Shown here: in pieces, positions 24,542 through 31,709 of the stretch
Numbering within the stretch: position 1 is the first letter of the stretch
Layout: every line of letters starts with the position of its first letter
From: a virus
DNA: 34,005 bases
Virus record (IMG/VR): IMGVR_UViG_3300017814_000057
Strand: one strand, 5' to 3'
Translations under genes and position numbers: made by a program
The notes under the pieces: model-generated
What the model saw: the letters and a program-made list of their open reading frames with translations, nothing else
Databases searched by the model: none
Told to the model about the DNA's origin: nothing

Positions 24542-24852
24542 TATTTTCTTTTGCTCCTTACCCACTCTTTAAATTGCTTTATTTCTTCCAGTTCTCCCTC
24601 TGTCCACTCACCGTCATGGTGAGCTGCGATAGACTCCGGCTTATTGCTATTATCATCATCGTTGTCTATAAAATCATCTACTTTATAGCCTAAAACGTGA
24701 GCTATGTTGGCAACAAGATTAACCGAAGGATCCTTAGTTATGCCATAAATAATCTTATTTAAAGTACCAACCGGTATTCCTGCTTGATCGGCTAAATCCT
24801 TTCCTTTTATTCCTTGTTCTTTTATAATCTTTAACATTTTTTCGCTATTCAT
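24541..24852 (-). CDS. XRE-family (CI-like) repressor
   Basis: The N-terminal HTH is GIKGKDLADQAGIPVGTLNKIIYG. It is divergent from a cro-like gene. The track start 24861 is TTG, and ATG 24852 has a better SD. Confidence 0.8.
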   Translation of the reverse strand: MNSEKMLKIIKEQGIKGKDLADQAGIPVGTLNKIIYGITKDPSVNLVANIAHVLGYKVDDFIDNDDDNSNKPESIAAHHDGEWTEGELEEIKQFKEWVRSKRK

Positions 24853-24880
24853 AATTATCAAAGTCCTTTCACTTAATTGA

Positions 24881-24908
24881 ATTATATCGTATTAGATAAA
24901 AAAATCAA
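24881..24908 (-). promoter_or_regulatory. Leftward promoter for the repressor/ImmA/lipoprotein genes
   Basis: On the minus strand it reads TTGATT (24908-24903), a 16-nt spacer, then TATAAT (24886-24881). Confidence 0.5.
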
Positions 24909-24916
24909 CAAGGATA

Positions 24917-24991
24917 TTCCTAAAAAGGAAAAAAACTGTTGACATTTTCCGAATCTGGAATATAATATAATTAAATTTTCCAAATTAGGAA
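24917..24991. promoter_or_regulatory. Three palindromic operators, TTCC-N6-GGAA
   Basis: The sites are 24917-24930 (TTCCtaaaaaGGAA), 24947-24960 (TTCCgaatctGGAA) and 24978-24991 (TTCCaaattaGGAA). Their centres are 30 and 31 bp apart. Confidence 0.7.
24939..24966 (+). promoter_or_regulatory. Rightward early promoter
   Basis: It reads TTGACA (24939-24944), a 16-nt spacer, then TATAAT (24961-24966). The middle operator fills the spacer. Confidence 0.7.
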
Positions 24992-25017
24992 CAAAAGGAG
25001 AATAAAAGGAGACTATT

Positions 25018-25257
25018 ATGAACGAAAACCTCAAGGCAGAAATGGCCAGAAATCATATAAAGACAAAAGACTTAGCCGAAGCCATAGGAAAAGATATCAG
25101 AACCATAACAAACAGACTTTCTGGTAAAAGTGATTTCTCTATTCCGGAAGCAAGAATAATAAGAGATACATTTTTTCCGGATTTAGATATCGAATATCTC
25201 TTTATAGACAATAACAAACCTGAAGAGGGACAGCTGGAGACCAATAAAGCCGGGTAA
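25018..25257 (+). CDS. Cro-like HTH regulator
   Basis: 79 aa with the HTH IKTKDLAEAIGKDIRTITNRLSG. It is the first gene of the rightward operon. Confidence 0.7.
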   Translation: MNENLKAEMARNHIKTKDLAEAIGKDIRTITNRLSGKSDFSIPEARIIRDTFFPDLDIEYLFIDNNKPEEGQLETNKAG

Positions 25258-25278
25258 CCCGGAGAAAGGAGATAGATC

Positions 25279-25464
25279 ATGAAGATGGAAGAAAATATGA
25301 TAGAAACAAAAAGGGTAGTAAGCGAAGAAGTAATATGCGGATTGGCCAGAATGATTTTATCTTATGCCGAGATATGTCAGCTCACAAAGAGCAACGTCCG
25401 TGCTGCAATGGATATGGCGGATGATCATTTTGACAATAATGCCATCCTAAAAAATGAGGATTAG
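25279..25464 (+). CDS. Hypothetical protein
   Basis: 61 aa with AAAGGAGA upstream. No motif was recognised. Confidence 0.45.
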   Translation: MKMEENMIETKRVVSEEVICGLARMILSYAEICQLTKSNVRAAMDMADDHFDNNAILKNED

Positions 25465-25481
25465 ACAAAGGCCTAATCCTC
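25456..25481. terminator. Perfect 9-bp hairpin between convergent genes
   Basis: The sequence is GAGGATTAG-acaaaggc-CTAATCCTC. No long T-run follows on either strand. Confidence 0.45.
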
Positions 25482-25487
25482 ATGTGC

Positions 25488-25727
25488 CTAATAGAAATGA
25501 TATTGATATTGCCCGCCGCCCTGAACAATTAGATAATATCTGCCTCTGCCGGAGACGGATATACGCACAGGTGTCTCAGTATAATGCCCACCATAGTATT
25601 TAAAATCTTTGCCGGATTTATATCGCTGGAAGTTGGTGGAATCTACTAAGAACACATCGGCAGCATTTTTCAAATCTACTTCTACCGATAAAGCACCATT
25701 ACTATCAGCATATGGAATCTGAGACAT
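25488..25727 (-). CDS. Free-standing DUF1883-like protein
   Basis: 79 aa. NAADVFLVDSTNFQRYKSGKDFKYYGGHYTETPVRISVSGRGRYYLIV follows the DUF1883 pattern (aNV.LmDssNf..Yk.G....yyGG....PV.i..p..G.w.vv) as I recall it. It has a strong SD, AAAGGAGGG. Confidence 0.55.
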   Translation of the reverse strand: MSQIPYADSNGALSVEVDLKNAADVFLVDSTNFQRYKSGKDFKYYGGHYTETPVRISVSGRGRYYLIVQGGGQYQYHFY

Positions 25728-25776
25728 AAGTAAGCCCTCCTTTCAGAATACTCAGCACACCGGTGCCTGTATGACC

Positions 25777-25805
25777 ATTATATCACATACACATTGACTT
25801 CCCAA
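25777..25805 (-). promoter_or_regulatory. Own promoter for the DUF1883-like gene
   Basis: On the minus strand it reads TTGGGA (25805-25800), a 17-nt spacer, then TATAAT (25782-25777). Confidence 0.5.
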
Positions 25806-26037
25806 AGGCCCGGGCAATACGTCACCACCTGGGCCTGACGGGAAGACCCCCAGAGCAATGCTCCTGGCTACCCCCGATAGGAATTTTATTGGAAAGGTAG
25901 TACCAATCGTTTCTCTCGGCCGGGAGCATCACTGTGGGGACCATACACATTCCCCGCTGCTTATAACTCGAGGATCCACCAATGCGGGGCCCAGGCAGAG
26001 AAAATCCGCAGGCCCCGGACGGTGGATATACAGGAGA
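25806..26037 (+). other. G+C-rich structured non-coding island (possible ncRNA, leader or origin element)
   Basis: My hand count gives 138/240 G+C (57%) for 25801-26040, against about 42% in the next coding line. Hairpins lie at 25807-14/25828-35, 25934-40/25951-57 and 25976-26025 (CCACC..CGGGGCC..GGCCCCG..GGTGG). Confidence 0.4.
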
Positions 26038-26043
26038 ACAAAG

Positions 26044-26259
26044 ATGGACAAGCAAACTCTCATAAGAAGAATACAAAGCACTTCCACTGGCAAGGGAATG
26101 ATAAACATAAAGGAGATAGCCGCTTTCAGCGGCTGTGACCCGGACAGCGACTGCCGGAAACAGATAACGGCAGGCATGGACTATATCAGCAATGGCAGGG
26201 AGAAACTCTTTTTTGTAGATGATGTCGCGCAGCGGATGCTTGATCTTCGGAAAGCGTAA
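26044..26259 (+). CDS. Small HTH protein, excisionase-like
   Basis: 71 aa starting at ATG 26044, which has the SD AGGAGA. It reads GMINIKEIAAFSG...GREKLFFVDDVAQRML. The track's 62-aa N-terminal extension lacks an SD and looks non-coding. Confidence 0.45.
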   Translation: MDKQTLIRRIQSTSTGKGMINIKEIAAFSGCDPDSDCRKQITAGMDYISNGREKLFFVDDVAQRMLDLRKA

Positions 26260-26262
26260 AAG

Positions 26263-26778
26263 GTGAATATCATGACCGCTACAAAAAAAGTAATAGCCGC
26301 CATCCTGACCGTTATGGCAATCATGACGATCGTTGAAGCGATAGGATGGACAACCGAAAAAAACGCAGCGGAAAAGAAGATAGCCACAATGAAAGCACAG
26401 ACATCTGAGGACCAGGCACAGATCAAAAGACTCAAACATGACATAAAGACCATAAACAAAGAGGTCGGAGATATAAAGATCACATACGAAGGGACATTCA
26501 CGTCTACGTTTTACACGAACGATATCGAATCCTGCGGAAAGACAGACGGCGTAACGTCTACCGGCGCCATTGTGTCGGATAAGACAGTAGCAACAGATCC
26601 AAATGTGATACCGATGGGATCTCTGATATATGTTTCGGGCATAGGCTTCCGGATCGCCGAAGATACCGGCGGCGCCATCAAAGGAAAGAAGCTGGATATA
26701 TACGTCGACAGCGCGGCTGAAGCAAAGAAACTGGGCGTACAGCATAACCGAGTATACCTGATAGAGGAGGATGAATAA
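26263..26778 (+). CDS. Membrane-anchored 3D-domain (MltA/RlpA-like) protein
   Basis: It has an N-terminal TM helix, a coiled coil, then FTSTFYT...CGKTDGVTSTGAIV...VATDPNVIPMGS...IAEDTGGAIKGKKLDIYV, the 3D-domain signature. Confidence 0.7.
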   Translation: MNIMTATKKVIAAILTVMAIMTIVEAIGWTTEKNAAEKKIATMKAQTSEDQAQIKRLKHDIKTINKEVGDIKITYEGTFTSTFYTNDIESCGKTDGVTSTGAIVSDKTVATDPNVIPMGSLIYVSGIGFRIAEDTGGAIKGKKLDIYVDSAAEAKKLGVQHNRVYLIEEDE

Positions 26779-27014
26779 TGAGAACGGAAATAATAAAAAG
26801 ACACCGACGGGGAATAGATTCGGAAATCCATAATGGAAGCCAGGTAAAACTTGTGACTATCGGAGGAAGCACATTTGAAGGGAAATACGAATTACATCAA
26901 GGCCTTATAACTATCGTGAATAAGCACAATCATAGATTCACTTTCGCGTTAGAGGAAATCAAAGACATATATACAATCCAGGAGGTAAATGAAGATGAAA
27001 AAATCAGCAGGTAG
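26778..27014 (+). CDS. Hypothetical protein
   Basis: 78 aa with an ATGA-type overlap with the upstream gene. Confidence 0.45.
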   Translation: MRTEIIKRHRRGIDSEIHNGSQVKLVTIGGSTFEGKYELHQGLITIVNKHNHRFTFALEEIKDIYTIQEVNEDEKISR

Positions 27015-27180
27015 AAAAAGCAGAAGAGAGCAGATCAACAGAAATAAGAATAAATGGGCGAAGGAAAAAATAAAGCTGAACTCTCATATGAACCGTCAGG
27101 CTGCGGCACTTATAAAAAAGAAGAGCGCTCAGAGACCGAAAGGCGCCATGGTCCTGGAATCAAGGAAGGTAGCGTCATGA
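26989..27180 (+). CDS. Small highly basic protein
   Basis: 63 aa and K/R-rich (KKSAGRKSRREQINRNKNKWAKEKIK). Confidence 0.4.
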   Translation: MKMKKSAGRKSRREQINRNKNKWAKEKIKLNSHMNRQAAALIKKKSAQRPKGAMVLESRKVAS

Positions 27181-27308
27181 TATCGCAGATAATTTCAGCC
27201 GGGATAATTTTTGTCATGATCATCGTAATGTTTTTCGGAATCATGAAGATTCTCGACAGCGTTGAAAAAGCTGAAAAGGAAATTGAGTCAAGAAAGGCAA
27301 GCAAATAA
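27177..27308 (+). CDS. 43-aa single-TM membrane peptide
   Basis: ATG 27177 overlaps the upstream stop (ATGA). The product is MISQIISAGIIFVMIIVMFFGIMKIL followed by a charged tail. Confidence 0.45.
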   Translation: MISQIISAGIIFVMIIVMFFGIMKILDSVEKAEKEIESRKASK

Positions 27309-27310
27309 AA

Positions 27311-27577
27311 ATGATCGAACATTTCGTACATACAGAAAAAGGATATTGCTATTATGACTTGGAAAATTCATTCATTTATAACCTTTATACTGAACCAGAA
27401 TATCGGCGAACCGGAGTAGCAACCCGCTTACTGCTCTGCATAATCGCCGAAATGAAGAAAGCGGGATGCAACGGAGATATTTTTATTGAGGTCGAGCCAA
27501 GAGAAAATAGCATCAGCTCTGATGATTTAAGTAATTTTTATAAAAATATGGGACTGATCATAAAGCCGAGGAGGTAA
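27311..27577 (+). CDS. Mini-GNAT acetyltransferase-like protein
   Basis: 88 aa. YRRTGVATRLL matches GNAT motif A (R-x-x-G-x-A). The N-terminal GNAT strands are missing. Confidence 0.5.
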   Translation: MIEHFVHTEKGYCYYDLENSFIYNLYTEPEYRRTGVATRLLLCIIAEMKKAGCNGDIFIEVEPRENSISSDDLSNFYKNMGLIIKPRR

Positions 27578-27582
27578 AGCGA

Positions 27583-27852
27583 ATGAATGCTAAAAATTTC
27601 TTTCGGATCCATAGGTTCGGAACAATCACGACAATCATCGTAACGATCATCGCGGTATATTTCGCCTTATGTGCCAGGCAGGGACCACCAACAGGCAGCG
27701 AATGGGGAGTGCTGGTTATCTATTCTGGATATTTGTTTATTGATTGGATGATAAGGAGAGAGCGATATGTCAGAGAACAAGAAAGAGTTTACCGAAGCTA
27801 TGAGCACAGCCATGGTCATAGACCAGGAAAGAAATCAAGTCACATCAGTTGA
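27583..27852 (+). CDS. Two-TM membrane protein
   Basis: It has TM helices ITTIIVTIIAVYFALC and GVLVIYSGYLFIDWMI. The 3' 86 nt overlap the next gene. Confidence 0.4.
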   Translation: MNAKNFFRIHRFGTITTIIVTIIAVYFALCARQGPPTGSEWGVLVIYSGYLFIDWMIRRERYVREQERVYRSYEHSHGHRPGKKSSHIS

Positions 27853-28096
27853 ATATATATCGGATCCGCAGCGTGAGGAATGCTTCGGAATATACAAGGA
27901 AGTAGTCCGGATAGATTTCAAGGATGGTACGTTCAAGCTGATCACCGTGGACGCAAGCAGCAATATGGTAATAGCCAAAGAAATCCTACACGGTATATAC
28001 GGACCGGAAGCCACAGGGACGTTTTTCTTCGGAGATCAGGAAATGTTCAAGCGGACATTGAAAATAAGAGCGGAAAGGAAAGTAGACAAAGCATGA
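27767..28096 (+). CDS. Hypothetical protein
   Basis: 109 aa with a strong SD, AAGGAGA. Confidence 0.5.
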   Translation: MSENKKEFTEAMSTAMVIDQERNQVTSVEYISDPQREECFGIYKEVVRIDFKDGTFKLITVDASSNMVIAKEILHGIYGPEATGTFFFGDQEMFKRTLKIRAERKVDKA

Positions 28097-28533
28097 AGAT
28101 ATATATAAGCGGACCTATGACCGGGGTACCGGAGGATGAATATAAGCTGGAATTCTCAGAAGTAGAAAATGAACTTATATACCGAGGGCATATAGTCTTC
28201 AACCCGGCTCGCCTGGCAATGACAGGATTCAGATACGAAGAATATATGGCAATAGATTTTGCCGCAATAGAGATATGCGATGCCATTTTCCTCATGAAAG
28301 GCTGGCGGAAAAGCCCTGGAGCTGTCAGAGAATATCTCTTCGCCGGTGCACACAATAAGAAGATATACGAAAGGATCGATGATATAGATGGGCCACAGAT
28401 CACGCCGCCGGCACCGTCATTTGCCGGGAGTCATAAAGCACAGGCTGAAGAAGGAAACGGCAGCAGCTCAGGAAGAACGACAGAATCGGGATATAAAGGA
28501 AGCCCTGACAGGGCATATGAAACCATCGGATGA
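28093..28533 (+). CDS. DUF4406 / nucleoside 2-deoxyribosyltransferase-like protein
   Basis: It reads MKIYISGPMTG...FNPA...CDAIFLMKGWRKSPGAVREY. ATG 28093 overlaps the upstream stop. The C-terminal ~45 aa are low complexity. Confidence 0.6.
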   Translation: MKIYISGPMTGVPEDEYKLEFSEVENELIYRGHIVFNPARLAMTGFRYEEYMAIDFAAIEICDAIFLMKGWRKSPGAVREYLFAGAHNKKIYERIDDIDGPQITPPAPSFAGSHKAQAEEGNGSSSGRTTESGYKGSPDRAYETIG

Positions 28534-28568
28534 ATATATTATCCGGAAGATGAAAGGAAGGTATAAAT

Positions 28569-28943
28569 ATGGAATTTCAGACACTGGAAGGAATTTGTAA
28601 ATACTGCGGCAATAAACAGCCGGTCATGGCAGCCGATCAGAAGGATGCCGATATCAAGATAACGAACGAATGCGACTGCGGCGGCGCCAAGAAAGAAAAG
28701 ACACATAAGGCCATGCTGAAGAACCTGGAGAACACCGTAGGAGATAAGGCTTCTGAATATGGGTTCCGCGAAGTGTCACCGCAGCAGCGTAAGGCAATAG
28801 ATGCTCTGGCAGAAGCCGTATTCAACGAACATATAGAAAAGGCATCCATAAACGTAGATCATACCGTCCTTACCATCGCCATGGTGAAGGACAAGGTCAG
28901 GATAATAAGAAAGAAAACGAGGGTGCTTGAATTTGAAGGATAG
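28569..28943 (+). CDS. Zn-ribbon protein
   Basis: It carries the Cys pairs CKYCGN...CDCGG. Confidence 0.45.
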   Translation: MEFQTLEGICKYCGNKQPVMAADQKDADIKITNECDCGGAKKEKTHKAMLKNLENTVGDKASEYGFREVSPQQRKAIDALAEAVFNEHIEKASINVDHTVLTIAMVKDKVRIIRKKTRVLEFEG

Positions 28944-29304
28944 TTATTATGAAACCTGCGCCATACCGAAGCCCGGGACCGTAAAGAAACAGAAGCAGAT
29001 GAACGGATATAAAGACAAAGCTAAAAGACACTGTTTCTACACCGGAAGACCGGGGGCGGAAAGACATGAGATATTCCGGGGAAATAATAGGCAGATCAGT
29101 ATCGATAATAAATTCCAGATCGATGTGTGCCCGGAGATCCACCGGGAGCTGCAGGATGACCTTACTCCGCTGGCGCAGGAACGAAATAAATTTTGGCAGG
29201 AATACTACCAGATGAAATACGAATATAGGCTGATGCTTGCCGGAGCCACACCAAAACAGGCACGTATCACCTGGATAAATCTTATAGGGAGGAACTACTT
29301 ATGA
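28927..29304 (+). CDS. Putative Cys/His nuclease-like protein (NinG/HNH-like position)
   Basis: It reads CFYTGRPGAERHEIFRGNNRQISIDNKFQIDVCPEIH. The family assignment is uncertain. Confidence 0.35.
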   Translation: MNLKDSYYETCAIPKPGTVKKQKQMNGYKDKAKRHCFYTGRPGAERHEIFRGNNRQISIDNKFQIDVCPEIHRELQDDLTPLAQERNKFWQEYYQMKYEYRLMLAGATPKQARITWINLIGRNYL

Positions 29305-29699
29305 TCACAGATGGACAGGTAAAAACGCTTGTAAACATAGAGCTTAAAGAGGCAAATGAGAAGTTTCCTCTTTTTAATTCTCTCCATGAGGGACAGTCGG
29401 TGTTGCACGAAGAAATCGAAGAAGCTGGAGAAGATATCATAGACATATTCGACCTTTATGAAAAAATGTGGAAAGCAACAAGAGAAAATAATACTTCCAC
29501 GGCTATCAGAATTGCGCGCCTGATCAAAAATAAGGCAACACACATGATAAAAGAATCTATCCAGGTGGCAGCCATGGCCGACAAAGTTATAACGTCAGCA
29601 CAAGATACGGCCGCCATGGAATCGATATCTGATTCAAACGAACATAGAGGAAAAAAGAATGAGCCAGATCAGAATAAACCTGCAGACCCCGGCAAGTAA
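29301..29699 (+). CDS. Hypothetical all-alpha protein (possibly MazG-like)
   Basis: FNSLHEGQSVLHEEIEEAGED resembles the acidic helix pair of MazG-type NTP pyrophosphohydrolases, but the match is weak. Confidence 0.3.
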   Translation: MITDGQVKTLVNIELKEANEKFPLFNSLHEGQSVLHEEIEEAGEDIIDIFDLYEKMWKATRENNTSTAIRIARLIKNKATHMIKESIQVAAMADKVITSAQDTAAMESISDSNEHRGKKNEPDQNKPADPGK

Positions 29700-30057
29700 A
29701 AGCAAGCCGGTACCACAGGAGGAAAAACCGAAAAAGAAGAAATGGCCGGATTATGCCCGGACCTATTGTGAAAGGGAAGATACGCTGTGTTTTTATATAG
29801 ATATGGAGACCGGAAAATGTATGGCAGACAGATGCAATATCCACGATCCTGAATATATAGCAGAACAGAAGCGCATCCAGGAGAATATGCAGCACAATCA
29901 TCTGAAAGATATAGGAGAATATCCGGAAGACAGATCCCGGATAGCCGACAGTCACAGGAAAGAGCATATAGCCAGACAGGAGTATATCAATAGGGGAGTT
30001 CCGATGCCGGAAGAACTCAGAAAGAAAATAAATAAGATGCAGCAGAAAGAAAGATAG
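29659..30057 (+). CDS. Hypothetical Cys-containing protein
   Basis: 132 aa with CEREDTLCFYIDMETGKCMADRC. It overlaps the upstream gene by 41 nt. Confidence 0.4.
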   Translation: MSQIRINLQTPASKSKPVPQEEKPKKKKWPDYARTYCEREDTLCFYIDMETGKCMADRCNIHDPEYIAEQKRIQENMQHNHLKDIGEYPEDRSRIADSHRKEHIARQEYINRGVPMPEELRKKINKMQQKER

Positions 30058-30065
30058 GTAGGTAT

Positions 30066-31709
30066 ATGACAGCTCAGATAAATATTTTAGACGAAATGAT
30101 TATAGATAACTTTGCCGGCGGCGGCGGTGCATCTACCGGGATAGAATTAGCTACAGGCCGTCCGGTGGACATAGCAATTAATCACGATCCGGATGCCATC
30201 CTGTTGCACAAGACGAATCATCCATATACCAAGCACCTTCAGGCGTCGGTGTGGGATGTGGATCCAAGAGAAGTATGTGCCGGCAGAAAAGTAGGGCTCA
30301 CATGGTTCAGCCCGGACTGCAAACATTTTTCAAAAGCTAAAGGCGGAAAGCCGGTCGACAAGAATATCCGGGGACTTGCATGGATCGTTCTCAGGTGGGC
30401 GGGTACCGTAAGGCCGCGAGTGATTATTCTGGAAAACGTTGAGGAGTTTCAGACATGGGGCCCGGTACGCAGAGGAAAACCAGTAAAAAGCAAAGCCGGG
30501 CAGACCTTTCGCCAGTGGAAACGGCAGCTTTCTGATTTGGGATATAAGATAGACCATCGTGAGCTGATTGCTGCCGATTATGGCGCACCGACGATCAGGA
30601 AGAGATTTTTTCTTATTGCCCGCTGCGATGGGCTTCCTATCGTATGGCCGGAGCCGACACATTCTGAACATGGCGAAAACGGATTGCCAAAATGGAAAGC
30701 AGCGGCAGATATCATAAACTGGGATTTACTGACACCGAGTATATTTGACAGCCGGCAGGAAATAAAAGAGAAATATGACCTTTATGCGGTACGTCCTTTG
30801 GCAGATAATACTCTGCGCCGCATCATAAGAGGCGTTGACAAATTCACCATAAAAAGCGGGAACCCGTTTATAGTGAGCAACAATAACAACAATGCACCAC
30901 ACGACATTAACGGGGCGGTACCCACTATCACAACAGGAAACCGTAATTTGCTGCTCATGCCGAATATGATGGCAATAGGGCAGACAGGCGGTGGAGACAG
31001 GATCAGAGGAATAGATGAACCTATAAATACCCAGGTATCAAAAGCGGAAACCTGTGTAACGGCAGCCAGTCTTATACAATATCATACTGAGCAATCAGAA
31101 AAAGTGAGGGGGCAGGGGCTTGAAGATCCTTTGCAGACGATAGATGCCGCAAACAGATACGGTCTTGCATCTGCAAATCTGGTTGAGTATTTCGGAAACG
31201 GAAATCCGCTCTGTAAATTCAAAGGACGAGAAAAAGGTCAGGATTTGCGGCGTCCACTTCATACGCTTACTACTCAGCCAGAGTTCGCAGCAGTAAATAC
31301 GACTGTAATCAAATATACGGATAACATTAACCTTTATCATTGGCCGGAGATCAGGGATCTGCTGAACAAATATTGCGGATATACCCTTGCAGACAATGAG
31401 GTACTGCTTCTGGGAATTGAAAACGTATGGTATTTCATTGCAGATATCGGGCTCCGTATGCTTTCACCCCGTGAACTCTATAATGCACAGGGCTTCCCGG
31501 ATGATTACATAATCGATTATGACTATAAGGGCAACACCTACGGTAAAACAAAACAGGTCGCCCGCTGCGGAAACGCTGTGTGTCCTCCACTGGCTACAGC
31601 CTTAGTAAGGAGCAATCTCCCGGAATACTGCAGCCGAAGATATAAGAGCATGAAGGAACTTAATTCGGATATTGCCATATCTGTGGTCGGAAAATTGAGG
31701 ACAGCATGA
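30066..31709 (+). CDS. DNA (cytosine-5)-methyltransferase, orphan, with a long variable region
   Basis: It has motif I DNFAGGGGAS, motif IV FSPDCKHFS, motif VI ILENVEEF and motif X RCGNAVCPPLA. Length is 547 aa, and no restriction partner is present. Confidence 0.85.
   Translation: MTAQINILDEMIIDNFAGGGGASTGIELATGRPVDIAINHDPDAILLHKTNHPYTKHLQASVWDVDPREVCAGRKVGLTWFSPDCKHFSKAKGGKPVDKNIRGLAWIVLRWAGTVRPRVIILENVEEFQTWGPVRRGKPVKSKAGQTFRQWKRQLSDLGYKIDHRELIAADYGAPTIRKRFFLIARCDGLPIVWPEPTHSEHGENGLPKWKAAADIINWDLLTPSIFDSRQEIKEKYDLYAVRPLADNTLRRIIRGVDKFTIKSGNPFIVSNNNNNAPHDINGAVPTITTGNRNLLLMPNMMAIGQTGGGDRIRGIDEPINTQVSKAETCVTAASLIQYHTEQSEKVRGQGLEDPLQTIDAANRYGLASANLVEYFGNGNPLCKFKGREKGQDLRRPLHTLTTQPEFAAVNTTVIKYTDNINLYHWPEIRDLLNKYCGYTLADNEVLLLGIENVWYFIADIGLRMLSPRELYNAQGFPDDYIIDYDYKGNTYGKTKQVARCGNAVCPPLATALVRSNLPEYCSRRYKSMKELNSDIAISVVGKLRTA

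Noticed and set aside
25806-26043. Assignment of the G+C-rich island to a known riboswitch or RNA class (ZTP, c-di-GMP, guanidine, SRP, RNase P, or a solitary CRISPR repeat)
   Set aside because: Only short chance-level resemblances turned up, for example CCACCTGGGCC versus the ZTP CCGCCTGGGC. The partner motifs are absent, so I could not support any class by eye.
25822-26745. 307-aa minus-strand ORF, the longest unassigned ORF in the early region
   Set aside because: It is antisense to the well-supported 3D-domain gene and the excisionase-like gene. Its composition is Cys/Phe/Tyr/Arg-rich with no motifs and no SD, so it is most likely a shadow ORF.
28388-28600. 70-aa basic ORF overlapping the end of the DUF4406-like gene and the start of the next gene
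   Set aside because: It has no SD and overlaps two better-supported genes. It might indicate a frameshift at the DUF4406 3' end, but the evidence is insufficient to annotate it.
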